From assembly GCF_902806265.1 (NCBI RefSeq), contig NZ_CADCVZ010000008.1, forward strand, positions 3,209-67,208: a DNA stretch of 64,000 bases. The letters are read 5' to 3'. How positions within the stretch are numbered: position 1 is the first letter of the stretch; the number at the start of each line of letters is the position of its first letter. Made by a program: the position numbers and the translations under genes. The notes under the pieces are model-generated. The model was not told the origin of the DNA and did no database searches. It was given only the letters and a program-made list of their open reading frames with translations. Source of the DNA: an uncultured Sphingomonas sp. GTDB lineage: Bacteria; Pseudomonadota; Alphaproteobacteria; Sphingomonadales; Sphingomonadaceae. Positions 39,120-47,453 of this stretch are shown here, in pieces.

Positions 39120-40934
39120 TTACCCGAGCGACAACTCGTGCAGCTCGCTCACCAGCCGCCACTCGCCGAGGTCCGCGAGCATGACCCGCGCCGCCTGCTC
39201 GGTGAGGTCGGCGGCGCGGGGGAGGTCGGAGGTGCCGCGGAGATCACGGGCGATCCGGTCGAGCAGCGCTGCCGTATGCCGCGCGCGGTTGGCCGCCGCG
39301 CGGTAGTCGCCCTGCACCCGGATGCCGAAAATGGCGGTGCCGAGCGCCGGCAGCCCGGCCGAAAGGACCGTTGTCCAATTGCCGGCCCGCCCAATCAGCT
39401 CCGGCGCGAACTCCAGCGCGGCGATGGTCAGGAACGTCAGCAGAAGCGTCGCGATGAACAGCGCGAGGCCGACATGCTCCAGCCGGCCGTCGAGCCGCTC
39501 GGCCTGGGTCGCCGCGGCACGATTGTAGGCGATCTGCGGCTGCAGCTCGCGCTCGGCGATCGCGGCGGCGAGCGTGGGCAGGTCCTCCCTCCGCATCCGG
39601 CCTGCGGGACAGCCGACGGTCCGCCACATGGCCGCCGAGTACCAGTCGATCCACCGTCCGGCGATCGGCTCGGCGGCGGTGCCTGGCGGATCGGGCGCGG
39701 CGATGCCCAGCAGCTTGAGGCTGCGCATCGGCCGCAGCCGCTCGGCCAGTTGGCGGTAGTCGAGCCAGCGCTGGTGCCAGCAGCGGCGCGAGCCGGTAAT
39801 GGTGTTCACCACCACCACCAGCACGACCAGGAACTCGGCCAGCGCGAGCAGTGCCGGATCGGCATGCAGCACCAGCCCGGACAGGCCGAGCCACACCCCG
39901 AGCGCCGCCAGCAGGAAGTTGAGCACATGGCTGCTGCGATAGATCTGGGCGAAATGGGTCGCCAGCCGGTCGCTCCAGCCGTAAGCCGCCTCCAGCATGT
40001 CGAACGACGCCGACACGCCATGGCAGCCGACGCAGGTCTCGCGGTAGGCGTGCCATTCGGCCTGGTCCGCAGCGATCTGGGAGCGCGCGCTCAAGTCCCT
40101 GCGCGACAGGGCGCGAGTTCCCGTAAGCGCCATCAGCAGCGGATACTCCAGCCGCCAGCGCAGCAGCCGCTGGGTTTCGGCAAGGAAGCCGCGGGCGAAC
40201 CGCCGCTCGGAGTCGACTGCGGGAGGAGCGAGCATCGCCTCCAGGATCGTCCGCAGGGCCTCGGGCGTGGCCGGCCGGCCGCACGCTCGATCTCCCGGGA
40301 GGGTGACGACCACCGGATCGAAGGCGCTCCACAGGAGTGTGGCCGGCGCGGTGCCGTCCGGCGGGATGTGGAGAATGGGCGTGCCGCGGGTCAGCGCCAG
40401 CTCGACGGTCTCGGCCGTGCCCCCGCGGCCGCGTGCGGGAAGCCCGTCCCACACGGCGATGAGCAGGTCGCAGTGGGCCACCGTCGCGCGCCCGGCCATG
40501 ACATAGGCATCGATTGGGGAAGCCGGATCGCCTGGCAGTTCGAGCACGCAGCGGGAGCGTGCGAGCAATTGTTGAAGCCGGTCCGCGGCTTCGGGCTCGA
40601 GCCGAGCGCAGTCGTCGCTCGGCAAGGGCAATACGGCCTGCAGCTCCCAGCCTTGCTCTACGGCGAGCAAGGCCGCCATCTGGTCTGCCCCGCCGGCCAA
40701 GGGGGAGACCAGGGTGAAGCAGGGCGGGTCATGGGCGAACACCTCGCGCTCGCGCTCCAGGATGACGAGCGCCCCCTTGCGCAAGGCGTCGAGCGCTTGT
40801 CCGATCCGGACGGCAAGTTGGTCAAGGGCGTCGCCCGTCGGCAGCGCCTCGCTGCGGTGCCCGGTGATCCCGACAGTCAGGGAGAAAGGGGGGCGCGGAG
40901 GCCCAAGGCCGGCAGCTCCCCCACCCTCCCCCAT
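39120..40934 (-). CDS. SLOG domain fused to two SLATT/DUF4231-like 2TM modules
   Basis: N-terminal VGITGHR, VSPLAGGADQ, LIAVWDG..GRGGTAETV; TM pair followed by W.DYRQLAERLR; second TM pair and terminal DLGEWR. Confidence 0.8.
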   Translation of the reverse strand: MGEGGGAAGLGPPRPPFSLTVGITGHRSEALPTGDALDQLAVRIGQALDALRKGALVILEREREVFAHDPPCFTLVSPLAGGADQMAALLAVEQGWELQAVLPLPSDDCARLEPEAADRLQQLLARSRCVLELPGDPASPIDAYVMAGRATVAHCDLLIAVWDGLPARGRGGTAETVELALTRGTPILHIPPDGTAPATLLWSAFDPVVVTLPGDRACGRPATPEALRTILEAMLAPPAVDSERRFARGFLAETQRLLRWRLEYPLLMALTGTRALSRRDLSARSQIAADQAEWHAYRETCVGCHGVSASFDMLEAAYGWSDRLATHFAQIYRSSHVLNFLLAALGVWLGLSGLVLHADPALLALAEFLVVLVVVVNTITGSRRCWHQRWLDYRQLAERLRPMRSLKLLGIAAPDPPGTAAEPIAGRWIDWYSAAMWRTVGCPAGRMRREDLPTLAAAIAERELQPQIAYNRAAATQAERLDGRLEHVGLALFIATLLLTFLTIAALEFAPELIGRAGNWTTVLSAGLPALGTAIFGIRVQGDYRAAANRARHTAALLDRIARDLRGTSDLPRAADLTEQAARVMLADLGEWRLVSELHELSLG

Positions 40935-40937
40935 GCT

Positions 40938-41393
40938 TCAGGCGATGTTCTTGATGATAGGATCGCACTCGTAAGTGGACTTGTCCTCGCCATCGAAGAA
41001 CAGGGAATAGGTATAAACCCCTTTGGTGCCGGGGTTTTCTACATCAAGGGAACGGCCGGCTATCGTGGAATCATCGACTTGAGCAGGCCAGTCCTTCGCG
41101 CGGTCTACTGGGCACTCAAGTCCCTCTTGCACACTAAATGGGGTTGAACTGAACCTCAGGTCTAGCCCCGTGTCATCGATAAGCCTGAAGCGTATGATCC
41201 CTCGTCGGCCGGCTTTTGTAATGATCGCGTGAGCGTTCACCTTCTCACCCGGCTTTTTGTCGTCGACGGCTCCGCCTAACGCGAACAACACCGTATCGAG
41301 ATCCCGATCCCAGATTGCGTGTACGTTCACCTTGACCTTTAGTGGCACCAGCGTTTCGGCTTGAGTTTCGTCGCCAAACATTGCCTGATCCAT
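40938..41393 (-). CDS. Small beta-rich protein ending DPIIKN (paralog B)
   Basis: gggaga SD 5 nt before ATG 41393; 151 aa; shares motifs with paralog A. Confidence 0.8.
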   Translation of the reverse strand: MDQAMFGDETQAETLVPLKVKVNVHAIWDRDLDTVLFALGGAVDDKKPGEKVNAHAIITKAGRRGIIRFRLIDDTGLDLRFSSTPFSVQEGLECPVDRAKDWPAQVDDSTIAGRSLDVENPGTKGVYTYSLFFDGEDKSTYECDPIIKNIA

Positions 41394-41425
41394 GGTGCTC
41401 TCCCTGTTGATCGCTGCTGAGCCGA

Positions 41426-41839
41426 TCACAAGCCGTTCTTGATGATCGGGTCAAAGTGGAACGTGCCGCCGTCGCCCTCGAAGTTGAGGGCGTAGCCGAA
41501 CTCGCCATTCTGCGAATTGGTGTCGGTGATCGTGAGCTTCTTCCTGCCGAGTTGCCGGATCAGGAACTCGCCATCCGCGTCGCCCGGCTGGGTCGGGCAG
41601 GCCGATCCGTTCTGAAGCCAGATCGCCTCGCGCGGCGTTTCGGGAAATCGGAGGTTGCGGCCGGTCCGATCGTCGAGGTCGAAGGTGATATCGGCAGGTC
41701 CATCCGCCGTGATCTGAAGTACTTGGCCGTTCTTCCTGCCGCTTCCGGGCGGGACGAAGCGGCAGTCTCTGTCGTCCCAGTCGATCCCGCCGTTCCCGTC
41801 AGGTCTCGCCTTCAACGTGACCACCACCTTGGTTGGCAT
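41426..41839 (-). CDS. Small beta-rich protein ending DPIIKN (paralog A)
   Basis: ATG 2 nt after the TIR gene stop, G-rich SD; 137 aa; hidden at the end of ORF-track entry 41426-42391. Confidence 0.8.
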   Translation of the reverse strand: MPTKVVVTLKARPDGNGGIDWDDRDCRFVPPGSGRKNGQVLQITADGPADITFDLDDRTGRNLRFPETPREAIWLQNGSACPTQPGDADGEFLIRQLGRKKLTITDTNSQNGEFGYALNFEGDGGTFHFDPIIKNGL

Positions 41840-41841
41840 CG

Positions 41842-44013
41842 TCAGCCCCCCTGCTGCATGAACTTGGCGTAGAGCGGGTGCTGGTAGCCCAAGCCACCAA
41901 GGCGCGCCGCGATGCGCTGGGCCTCGCCAGTCTGCCCGACGCGGCTGAGCAACAGGGATCGCAGCGCGAGATCGTCGGGACTGGTGGCCGCTTCGGCCCG
42001 CCAGTTCTCCAGCGCCGTCTGCCAGGCGAGCGCCGCCTCCTGCCCGCGGGAAAGCATTTGCAGCGCATCCCCCGCCAACAGCCGCGCACGGGCCAAATCC
42101 GCTTGACCCCGCAAGGTGTTGTGGCGGGAAGCTTCGGCGTTCGCGACAGCTTCGTCCGCCTGGGTGAGTGCGTCGCCGGGCGCACCGCCGGCAAGCGCCA
42201 GCCGCGCCCGCGCCAGCAGGCATTGACGCCGCAAGGTCTCGCTCCAGCCCACCACGGTGCTGTCGCGGGCGATCAGGCGATCCACGATCCCGCAGCCGGC
42301 TTGCGCCGAGCCTGCGGCAGCGGCCAACTGGTCGTGCGACAGTTGCACTTCCGCTGCAACGAAGTAAGCGCGTGCCGCGCGCTCCGACCATTGCGAGTTG
42401 GCCGGGTCGGTAGCGAGAAGCTGTTTGGCAAGTTTCACTCCGGTATGGGCGTGCACGGAAGCTGACTCCGCCTGACCGGTTGTAAGATGCAGGCGAGCAA
42501 GAGCCGGCTCACCGGCCAGCCGCTTGAGCCGGAACTCCATGTCGTCGGGGAAAGCAGCCATCGCTCGTCCCGCAAGTCCGATCATTCTCTCCCTGGTCCG
42601 AACCGCTTCCCGAAGCCGTCCTGCGCCGGCCTGTGCGTCGGCGAGGTAGGCGAGCGACTCCAACCGCTGTTTCTGGTAGTCGCGGTTCTGAGGCTCGAGT
42701 GCGATCAGCCTCTCGAGCGGTGGGAGGGTGCCGGCGAACAGTCGGCCTGCCTCGGAGTACCGCTCATGGGCCTGGAGCAGAAGCACGCCAAGGTTGTGGT
42801 CGGCATAGATGCCTTCCATCAGATACTCGCGATTGGCGGGCGCCAGCGCGATCATGCGCTCCGTCATCCGCTTGTACTCGCGCCAGGCGCTCGCGGCCTC
42901 GGCGATCCGGCCTCGCTGCCAGGCGATCGAGCCGATGTAGAACAGGTTCTGCGAATGGTCGTACAAGCGCCGCGCATCGTCGGGATGGCGGCGGAGCAGC
43001 TCAAGGGTGGTCGCGCCTGCCTCCCGGTAGCGCCGCAACGCGCCGTCGAGGTCAGCCCGGCGCTGGGCGATGTCGCCCATCATCGTCAGTGCCCTAGCCC
43101 GCTGCGCCAAACCCTCGTCCGTGAGGGAGCGTTTGTCTTGCTCTTCATAATATTCGAGAGCCCGCACGCCGACCACGTCAAGCGCTTCGAGTTTGCCGAT
43201 CGGTTCGAGCCGGTCCCGTAGATCGCCCAGCATAAAGCCGATCAGCCCTTCGGCCTCTCGCCGCTGATGACGCGCTTCGTCGCGCGCCTGGACGGAGCTG
43301 ACCGCAAGGCCGGTGGCTGCCAGCATGCCGGCGATCGATGCCGCGCTGATCCCGACCATGCGGCGATGGCGATGGACCTCGTCGCGCCGAACCAGCTCGT
43401 CGAGTCGGAGGTCGAGCATGCCCGCGACGAGCTTGAGCAGCCCCCGTGCGCGCCCGTCCCCACCCGGGCGAAGGTCGACGGCGATCGGCTCCGCAGCCTC
43501 CCCGGTCGGCTCGCCTTCCTCGTCGAACTGCTCGCGCATCGCGGGTGGGAAGCATTCGTCGGCAGCGCGGTCAGCCAGCCGTGACGCCCAGGGCTCGCCG
43601 GCGACGATGACGGCGAGCACCTCGCCGTCAGGCCGCAGCCGTTTGAAGGTGCGTATCTCCTCGTCGACCCAGCGGCTTTTCGCAGCCGCCGGCGAGCACA
43701 GCACGATCAAGTGTCGCGAACATTCCAGCGCCTGCTCGATCTCTTCCGACAGGTCGTCCGCGGCGGCCAACTCGCTGCGGTCGCGAAAGATGGGGATCAG
43801 CCGTGCCGGAACCAGGAAGCGCTCCGCCCGCCGTCCGACCAGGGCTTTGGGCACCCGGAATCGCTCAAGCGCCCGGTGGAGCCGTTCGGCCTCGCTTGCA
43901 TCCGCGTGGCTGTAGCTGAGGAACGCCCAGTAGCGCTGAACAAAGGGCGCGCGAACGGGTCCTCGCCGAACTCCGGCGGCAACGCTGCGGGACAGGACGG
44001 CCGAGCCTTCCAT
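41842..44013 (-). CDS. TIR domain - transmembrane helix - TPR-like repeat protein
   Basis: AFLSYSH, IFRDR, LIVLCSP.AAKSRWVDEEI (TIR, Glu119); TM about residues 219-241 after RHRR; helical TPR-like C-terminal region. Confidence 0.9.
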   Translation of the reverse strand: MEGSAVLSRSVAAGVRRGPVRAPFVQRYWAFLSYSHADASEAERLHRALERFRVPKALVGRRAERFLVPARLIPIFRDRSELAAADDLSEEIEQALECSRHLIVLCSPAAAKSRWVDEEIRTFKRLRPDGEVLAVIVAGEPWASRLADRAADECFPPAMREQFDEEGEPTGEAAEPIAVDLRPGGDGRARGLLKLVAGMLDLRLDELVRRDEVHRHRRMVGISAASIAGMLAATGLAVSSVQARDEARHQRREAEGLIGFMLGDLRDRLEPIGKLEALDVVGVRALEYYEEQDKRSLTDEGLAQRARALTMMGDIAQRRADLDGALRRYREAGATTLELLRRHPDDARRLYDHSQNLFYIGSIAWQRGRIAEAASAWREYKRMTERMIALAPANREYLMEGIYADHNLGVLLLQAHERYSEAGRLFAGTLPPLERLIALEPQNRDYQKQRLESLAYLADAQAGAGRLREAVRTRERMIGLAGRAMAAFPDDMEFRLKRLAGEPALARLHLTTGQAESASVHAHTGVKLAKQLLATDPANSQWSERAARAYFVAAEVQLSHDQLAAAAGSAQAGCGIVDRLIARDSTVVGWSETLRRQCLLARARLALAGGAPGDALTQADEAVANAEASRHNTLRGQADLARARLLAGDALQMLSRGQEAALAWQTALENWRAEAATSPDDLALRSLLLSRVGQTGEAQRIAARLGGLGYQHPLYAKFMQQGG

Positions 44014-44080
44014 ACGTGCCCCCGAGTCGCGGATGTCGGGTAGATAACAGAAATGGCGGATTACCGCACCGTTGCTTAGC

Positions 44081-44109
44081 TTGGCTGCAAGAGGCGGCTC
44101 GCCTATATG
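44081..44109 (+). promoter_or_regulatory. ispG promoter TTGGCT-N17-TATATG
   Basis: -10 ends 6 nt before ATG 44116. Confidence 0.55.
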
Positions 44110-44115
44110 CGGGGC

Positions 44116-45246
44116 ATGTCCGTTCGCCCCTGGCGCGATATCGCGCGCCGCCCTTCCCGGCAGATCATGGTCGGCAACGTGCCGGTCGGCGGCGACGCGC
44201 CGATCACCGTGCAGACCATGACCAACACGCCGACCTCCGATGCGCGCGCCACGATCGACCAGATCCGCCGCTGCGAGGAGGCGGGCGCGGATATCATCCG
44301 CGTGTCATGCCCGGACGTGGAAAGCACGGCCGCACTGGGCGAGATCGTGCGCGCCGCGAAGGTGCCGATCGTTGCCGACATCCACTTCCATTATCGCCGC
44401 GCGCTGGAGGCAGCGGACGCAGGTGCGGCGTGCCTCAGGATCAATCCCGGCAACATCGGTTCGGCCGACCGGGTGCGGGAGGTGGTCAATGCGGCCAAGG
44501 CGAACGGCTGCGCGATCCGCATCGGCGTGAACGCGGGCAGCCTTGAGAAGGACCTGCTCGAGAAATATGGCGAACCGTGTCCGGAGGCGCTGGTGGAAAG
44601 CGCGCTAGACCACATCCGGCTGCTCCAGGACCACGACTTCCACGACTACAAGGTGGCGGTGAAGGCATCGGACGTGTTCCTGGCCGTCGCCGCTTATCAG
44701 CAGCTCGCTGAGGCCGTGGACTGCCCCCTGCACCTCGGCATCACCGAAGCGGGCGGGCTGGTCGGGGGCACGGTCAAGAGCGCGATCGGCATCGGATCGT
44801 TGCTGTGGTTCGGCATCGGGGACACCATCCGGGTGTCGCTGTCGGCCGAGCCCGAGGAGGAAGTGCGGGTCGGCTACGAGATCCTGAAGGGGCTCGGCAT
44901 TCGCAACCGCGGCGTGCGCGTGGTTTCCTGCCCATCGTGCGCGCGGCAGGGCTTCGACGTGATCCGCACCGTGCAGACACTGGAAGAACGGCTGCAGCAC
45001 ATTCGCACGCCGCTCTCCCTGAGCGTGCTCGGCTGCGTGGTGAACGGTCCGGGCGAGGCGCGCGAGACCGACATCGGGCTGACCGGCGGCGGCAACGGAC
45101 GGCACATGGTCTATCTGTCGGGGGTCACCGACCACCATGTCCAGGACGAAGGCATGGTCGACCACATCGTTCGGCTGGTGGAGGCCAAGGCGGCGGAGAT
45201 TGAGGCTGCGACCGCCTCCTCGGCTGTGCTCGACGCCGCGGAGTAG
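44116..45246 (+). CDS. ispG: 4-hydroxy-3-methylbut-2-en-1-yl diphosphate synthase
   Basis: [52 protein letters not shown]. Confidence 0.98.
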   Translation: MSVRPWRDIARRPSRQIMVGNVPVGGDAPITVQTMTNTPTSDARATIDQIRRCEEAGADIIRVSCPDVESTAALGEIVRAAKVPIVADIHFHYRRALEAADAGAACLRINPGNIGSADRVREVVNAAKANGCAIRIGVNAGSLEKDLLEKYGEPCPEALVESALDHIRLLQDHDFHDYKVAVKASDVFLAVAAYQQLAEAVDCPLHLGITEAGGLVGGTVKSAIGIGSLLWFGIGDTIRVSLSAEPEEEVRVGYEILKGLGIRNRGVRVVSCPSCARQGFDVIRTVQTLEERLQHIRTPLSLSVLGCVVNGPGEARETDIGLTGGGNGRHMVYLSGVTDHHVQDEGMVDHIVRLVEAKAAEIEAATASSAVLDAAE

Positions 45247-45251
45247 CCGCC

Positions 45252-46475
45252 TCAGAGCGGCTCGGCGAACGCGACCCGCCAGAAGGCGGTCTCCGCATCC
45301 TCGATCCCGAAGTCGTTGTCGTTGACCAGCAACAGCGTGCGCTCGTCCAGCAGAGCCATGCCTTCAAGGTCGCGGCTGATCTCCGGGTGGTGGTCGGTGG
45401 AGAACAGCAGCTGCTTGGATAGCACCGGCAAGTCGAGGGTTCCGGCCGCGCTCAGCTCCTCGACCGTGGGCCGCGTGGCTGCGTTCAGATGCTCCGGCGG
45501 CAAGGCGCACTCGGGGTCGAGCTGCACGAGGTAGAGCTTGGTGCTGGCCGAGCCGCGTTCGAGCAGGATCAGGCGATCCGCGCCGAGGCAGGTCATCTCG
45601 CTGACCTTGATGTCGCTTCGCTGCAGCGGACCTTCGGCCGAGTCGCGACGGAAGCTGTCGGGCTCGTCGAGCGCGTACAGATACTGCGCCGCCACTGCGC
45701 CCGTGGCCGTGTCGAGCGTCCACAAGCGGGTGTGCCGGGCGGCCGCGTGCGCGTCCACGTCGGGGTGCGCGAGCGGGCTCTGGAAAGCGAGGTGCAGGCG
45801 GCGGCCGTCGTCGGACAGGGCGATCGCTTCGAACCCGCGGTTGACGTGGCGGGTGGCGGCCAGCGCCGGAAGCACGGCGGCCGTCGGGTAGGGCGCATCG
45901 GCCACCGTCCGCTCGGCGCCCTGCGGCACCCACCGCATCCGGACTTCGCCGGTCGGCGCGACCTGCAGCAGGGACGGGCCGTACTCGTCGCCGATCCAGA
46001 TCGTGCCGTCGGGCGCCACCGCGATCCCTTCGCTATCCACCCCGCCGGGATCGGGGGTGTGCGGCGTTCCGTCCACCCTCACGGCGGGCTCCATCCGGCT
46101 GTTGACGCTGCCGGGCGTGGGCAGCCCGCTGATCGGCTTACCGTCTCCTCCGGCGAGGGGTAAGGCGCGCACCAGTTCAACCGCGTCGTCCGTCAGGCGC
46201 AACTCGGCCAAAGCCGGTCCGATATCAAGCGCCGGCATGACCTTGGCGCCTTTCACCGCGCCGTGCTGCGCCACCGCCTCAAGCCCGTAGGTCTCGACCG
46301 CGAGTTCGACCTTGAGGTTGGGCCCGCGATCGCCGACCGCCCATAGCCGCCCGTCGGGCGCCCGGGTCAGGCCGGAGCCGAGGCCGCGCAGGATTCGCAG
46401 CCGCCGCTTGGGGCAGGGCAGTTCGGCGAGCAGCTCGTCCTGAAAGCGGAGGCGGGTGATGCTAGGTGCAGTCAT
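45252..46475 (-). CDS. Esterase-like activity of phytase family protein (beta-propeller)
   Basis: GDRGPN, DSEGI, DEYGP, NRGFEAIA, EGMA, NDNDFG. Confidence 0.85.
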   Translation of the reverse strand: MTAPSITRLRFQDELLAELPCPKRRLRILRGLGSGLTRAPDGRLWAVGDRGPNLKVELAVETYGLEAVAQHGAVKGAKVMPALDIGPALAELRLTDDAVELVRALPLAGGDGKPISGLPTPGSVNSRMEPAVRVDGTPHTPDPGGVDSEGIAVAPDGTIWIGDEYGPSLLQVAPTGEVRMRWVPQGAERTVADAPYPTAAVLPALAATRHVNRGFEAIALSDDGRRLHLAFQSPLAHPDVDAHAAARHTRLWTLDTATGAVAAQYLYALDEPDSFRRDSAEGPLQRSDIKVSEMTCLGADRLILLERGSASTKLYLVQLDPECALPPEHLNAATRPTVEELSAAGTLDLPVLSKQLLFSTDHHPEISRDLEGMALLDERTLLLVNDNDFGIEDAETAFWRVAFAEPL

Positions 46476-46541
46476 GAACAAGCCAACGGTTCGTCAACGG
46501 CCGGGGTTGCGCGGGGCGGCAGATGCCCTAGCGGCTGGGGC

Positions 46542-47444
46542 GTGCACCCGTTTCGCCACACCCCCGCAGCGGCCTTTCTGGTCGGCAGCATCGGCATCGC
46601 CCTGTTCTCGGGCATGGACGCGGTGATGAAGGGTCTGGTGCTCGCCATCGGCGCCTTTGCGACCATGTTCTGGCGGAGCTTCGCCACGGTGGGCCTGTCG
46701 GCGGCGCTCTATCTGCCGGGGCGCAAGGGTTGGCCAGGCAAGCGGGCACTGCGGCTGCATGTCGCCCGCGGCCTCCTGTCCACGGTCATGGGCCTGCTGT
46801 TCTTCTGGGGCATTGGGCGGGTGCCGCTGGCGCAAGCGATCGCGCTGGCCTTTATCGCGCCGCTGATTGCCCTGTATCTCGCCGCCGTCTGGCTTGGCGA
46901 GACGGTGGATCGGCGCACAGTGGCCGCCTCGGTGGTGGCGTTCGCGGGCGTGCTGGTCATCTTCCTGGGCCAGGCCCGGGCCGACCTTGGATCCGAAGCC
47001 CTGCTCGGCAGCGTGGCGGTGCTGGTGTCGGCAGTATGCTACGCGGTGAACATCATCCTGATGCGGCAGCAGAGCCTGGCGGCGGGACCGCAGGAGATTG
47101 CCTTTTTCCAGAACCTGACGGTCTGCGCGGCGCTTTTCGCGGCCCTGCCCTTCGTGGGCGCCGCGCCGCCGCCCGCCGAGCAATGGCCGCCGCTGTTGCT
47201 GGCGGCGCTGCTGTCCGTCACCTCCATGCTGCTCCTGAGCTGGGCTTACGCGCGGGCGGAGGCGAGCTACCTGGCGACGACGGAGTACACGGCTTTCCTG
47301 TGGGCGGCGCTGTTCGGCTGGCTGTTTTTCGCCGAGCCGGTGTCGGCCTTCACCCTGGCCGGCGCGCTGCTGATCGTGGCGGGCTGCATCCTTGCGGCGC
47401 GGCGCCCGCAGCAGGCCTCACCGGCGCTAGAGGCCGTGGCATAG
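46542..47444 (+). CDS. DMT/EamA family transporter
   Basis: 10 TM, two EamA repeats, AQAIALAFIAPL, EY.AFLWA.LFGWL.F.E. Confidence 0.9.
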   Translation: MHPFRHTPAAAFLVGSIGIALFSGMDAVMKGLVLAIGAFATMFWRSFATVGLSAALYLPGRKGWPGKRALRLHVARGLLSTVMGLLFFWGIGRVPLAQAIALAFIAPLIALYLAAVWLGETVDRRTVAASVVAFAGVLVIFLGQARADLGSEALLGSVAVLVSAVCYAVNIILMRQQSLAAGPQEIAFFQNLTVCAALFAALPFVGAAPPPAEQWPPLLLAALLSVTSMLLLSWAYARAEASYLATTEYTAFLWAALFGWLFFAEPVSAFTLAGALLIVAGCILAARRPQQASPALEAVA

Positions 47445-47453
47445 GAGGCGAGC

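Noticed and set aside
39138-41147. 669-aa plus-strand ORF antisense to SLOG-SLATT and paralog B
   Set aside because: No recognisable motifs; a shadow ORF typical of high-GC DNA. The minus strand carries clear domain motifs and RBSs.
39070-44115. Integrative element or prophage boundaries around the TIR cassette
   Set aside because: No integrase, transposase, tRNA target or flanking direct repeat was found by eye
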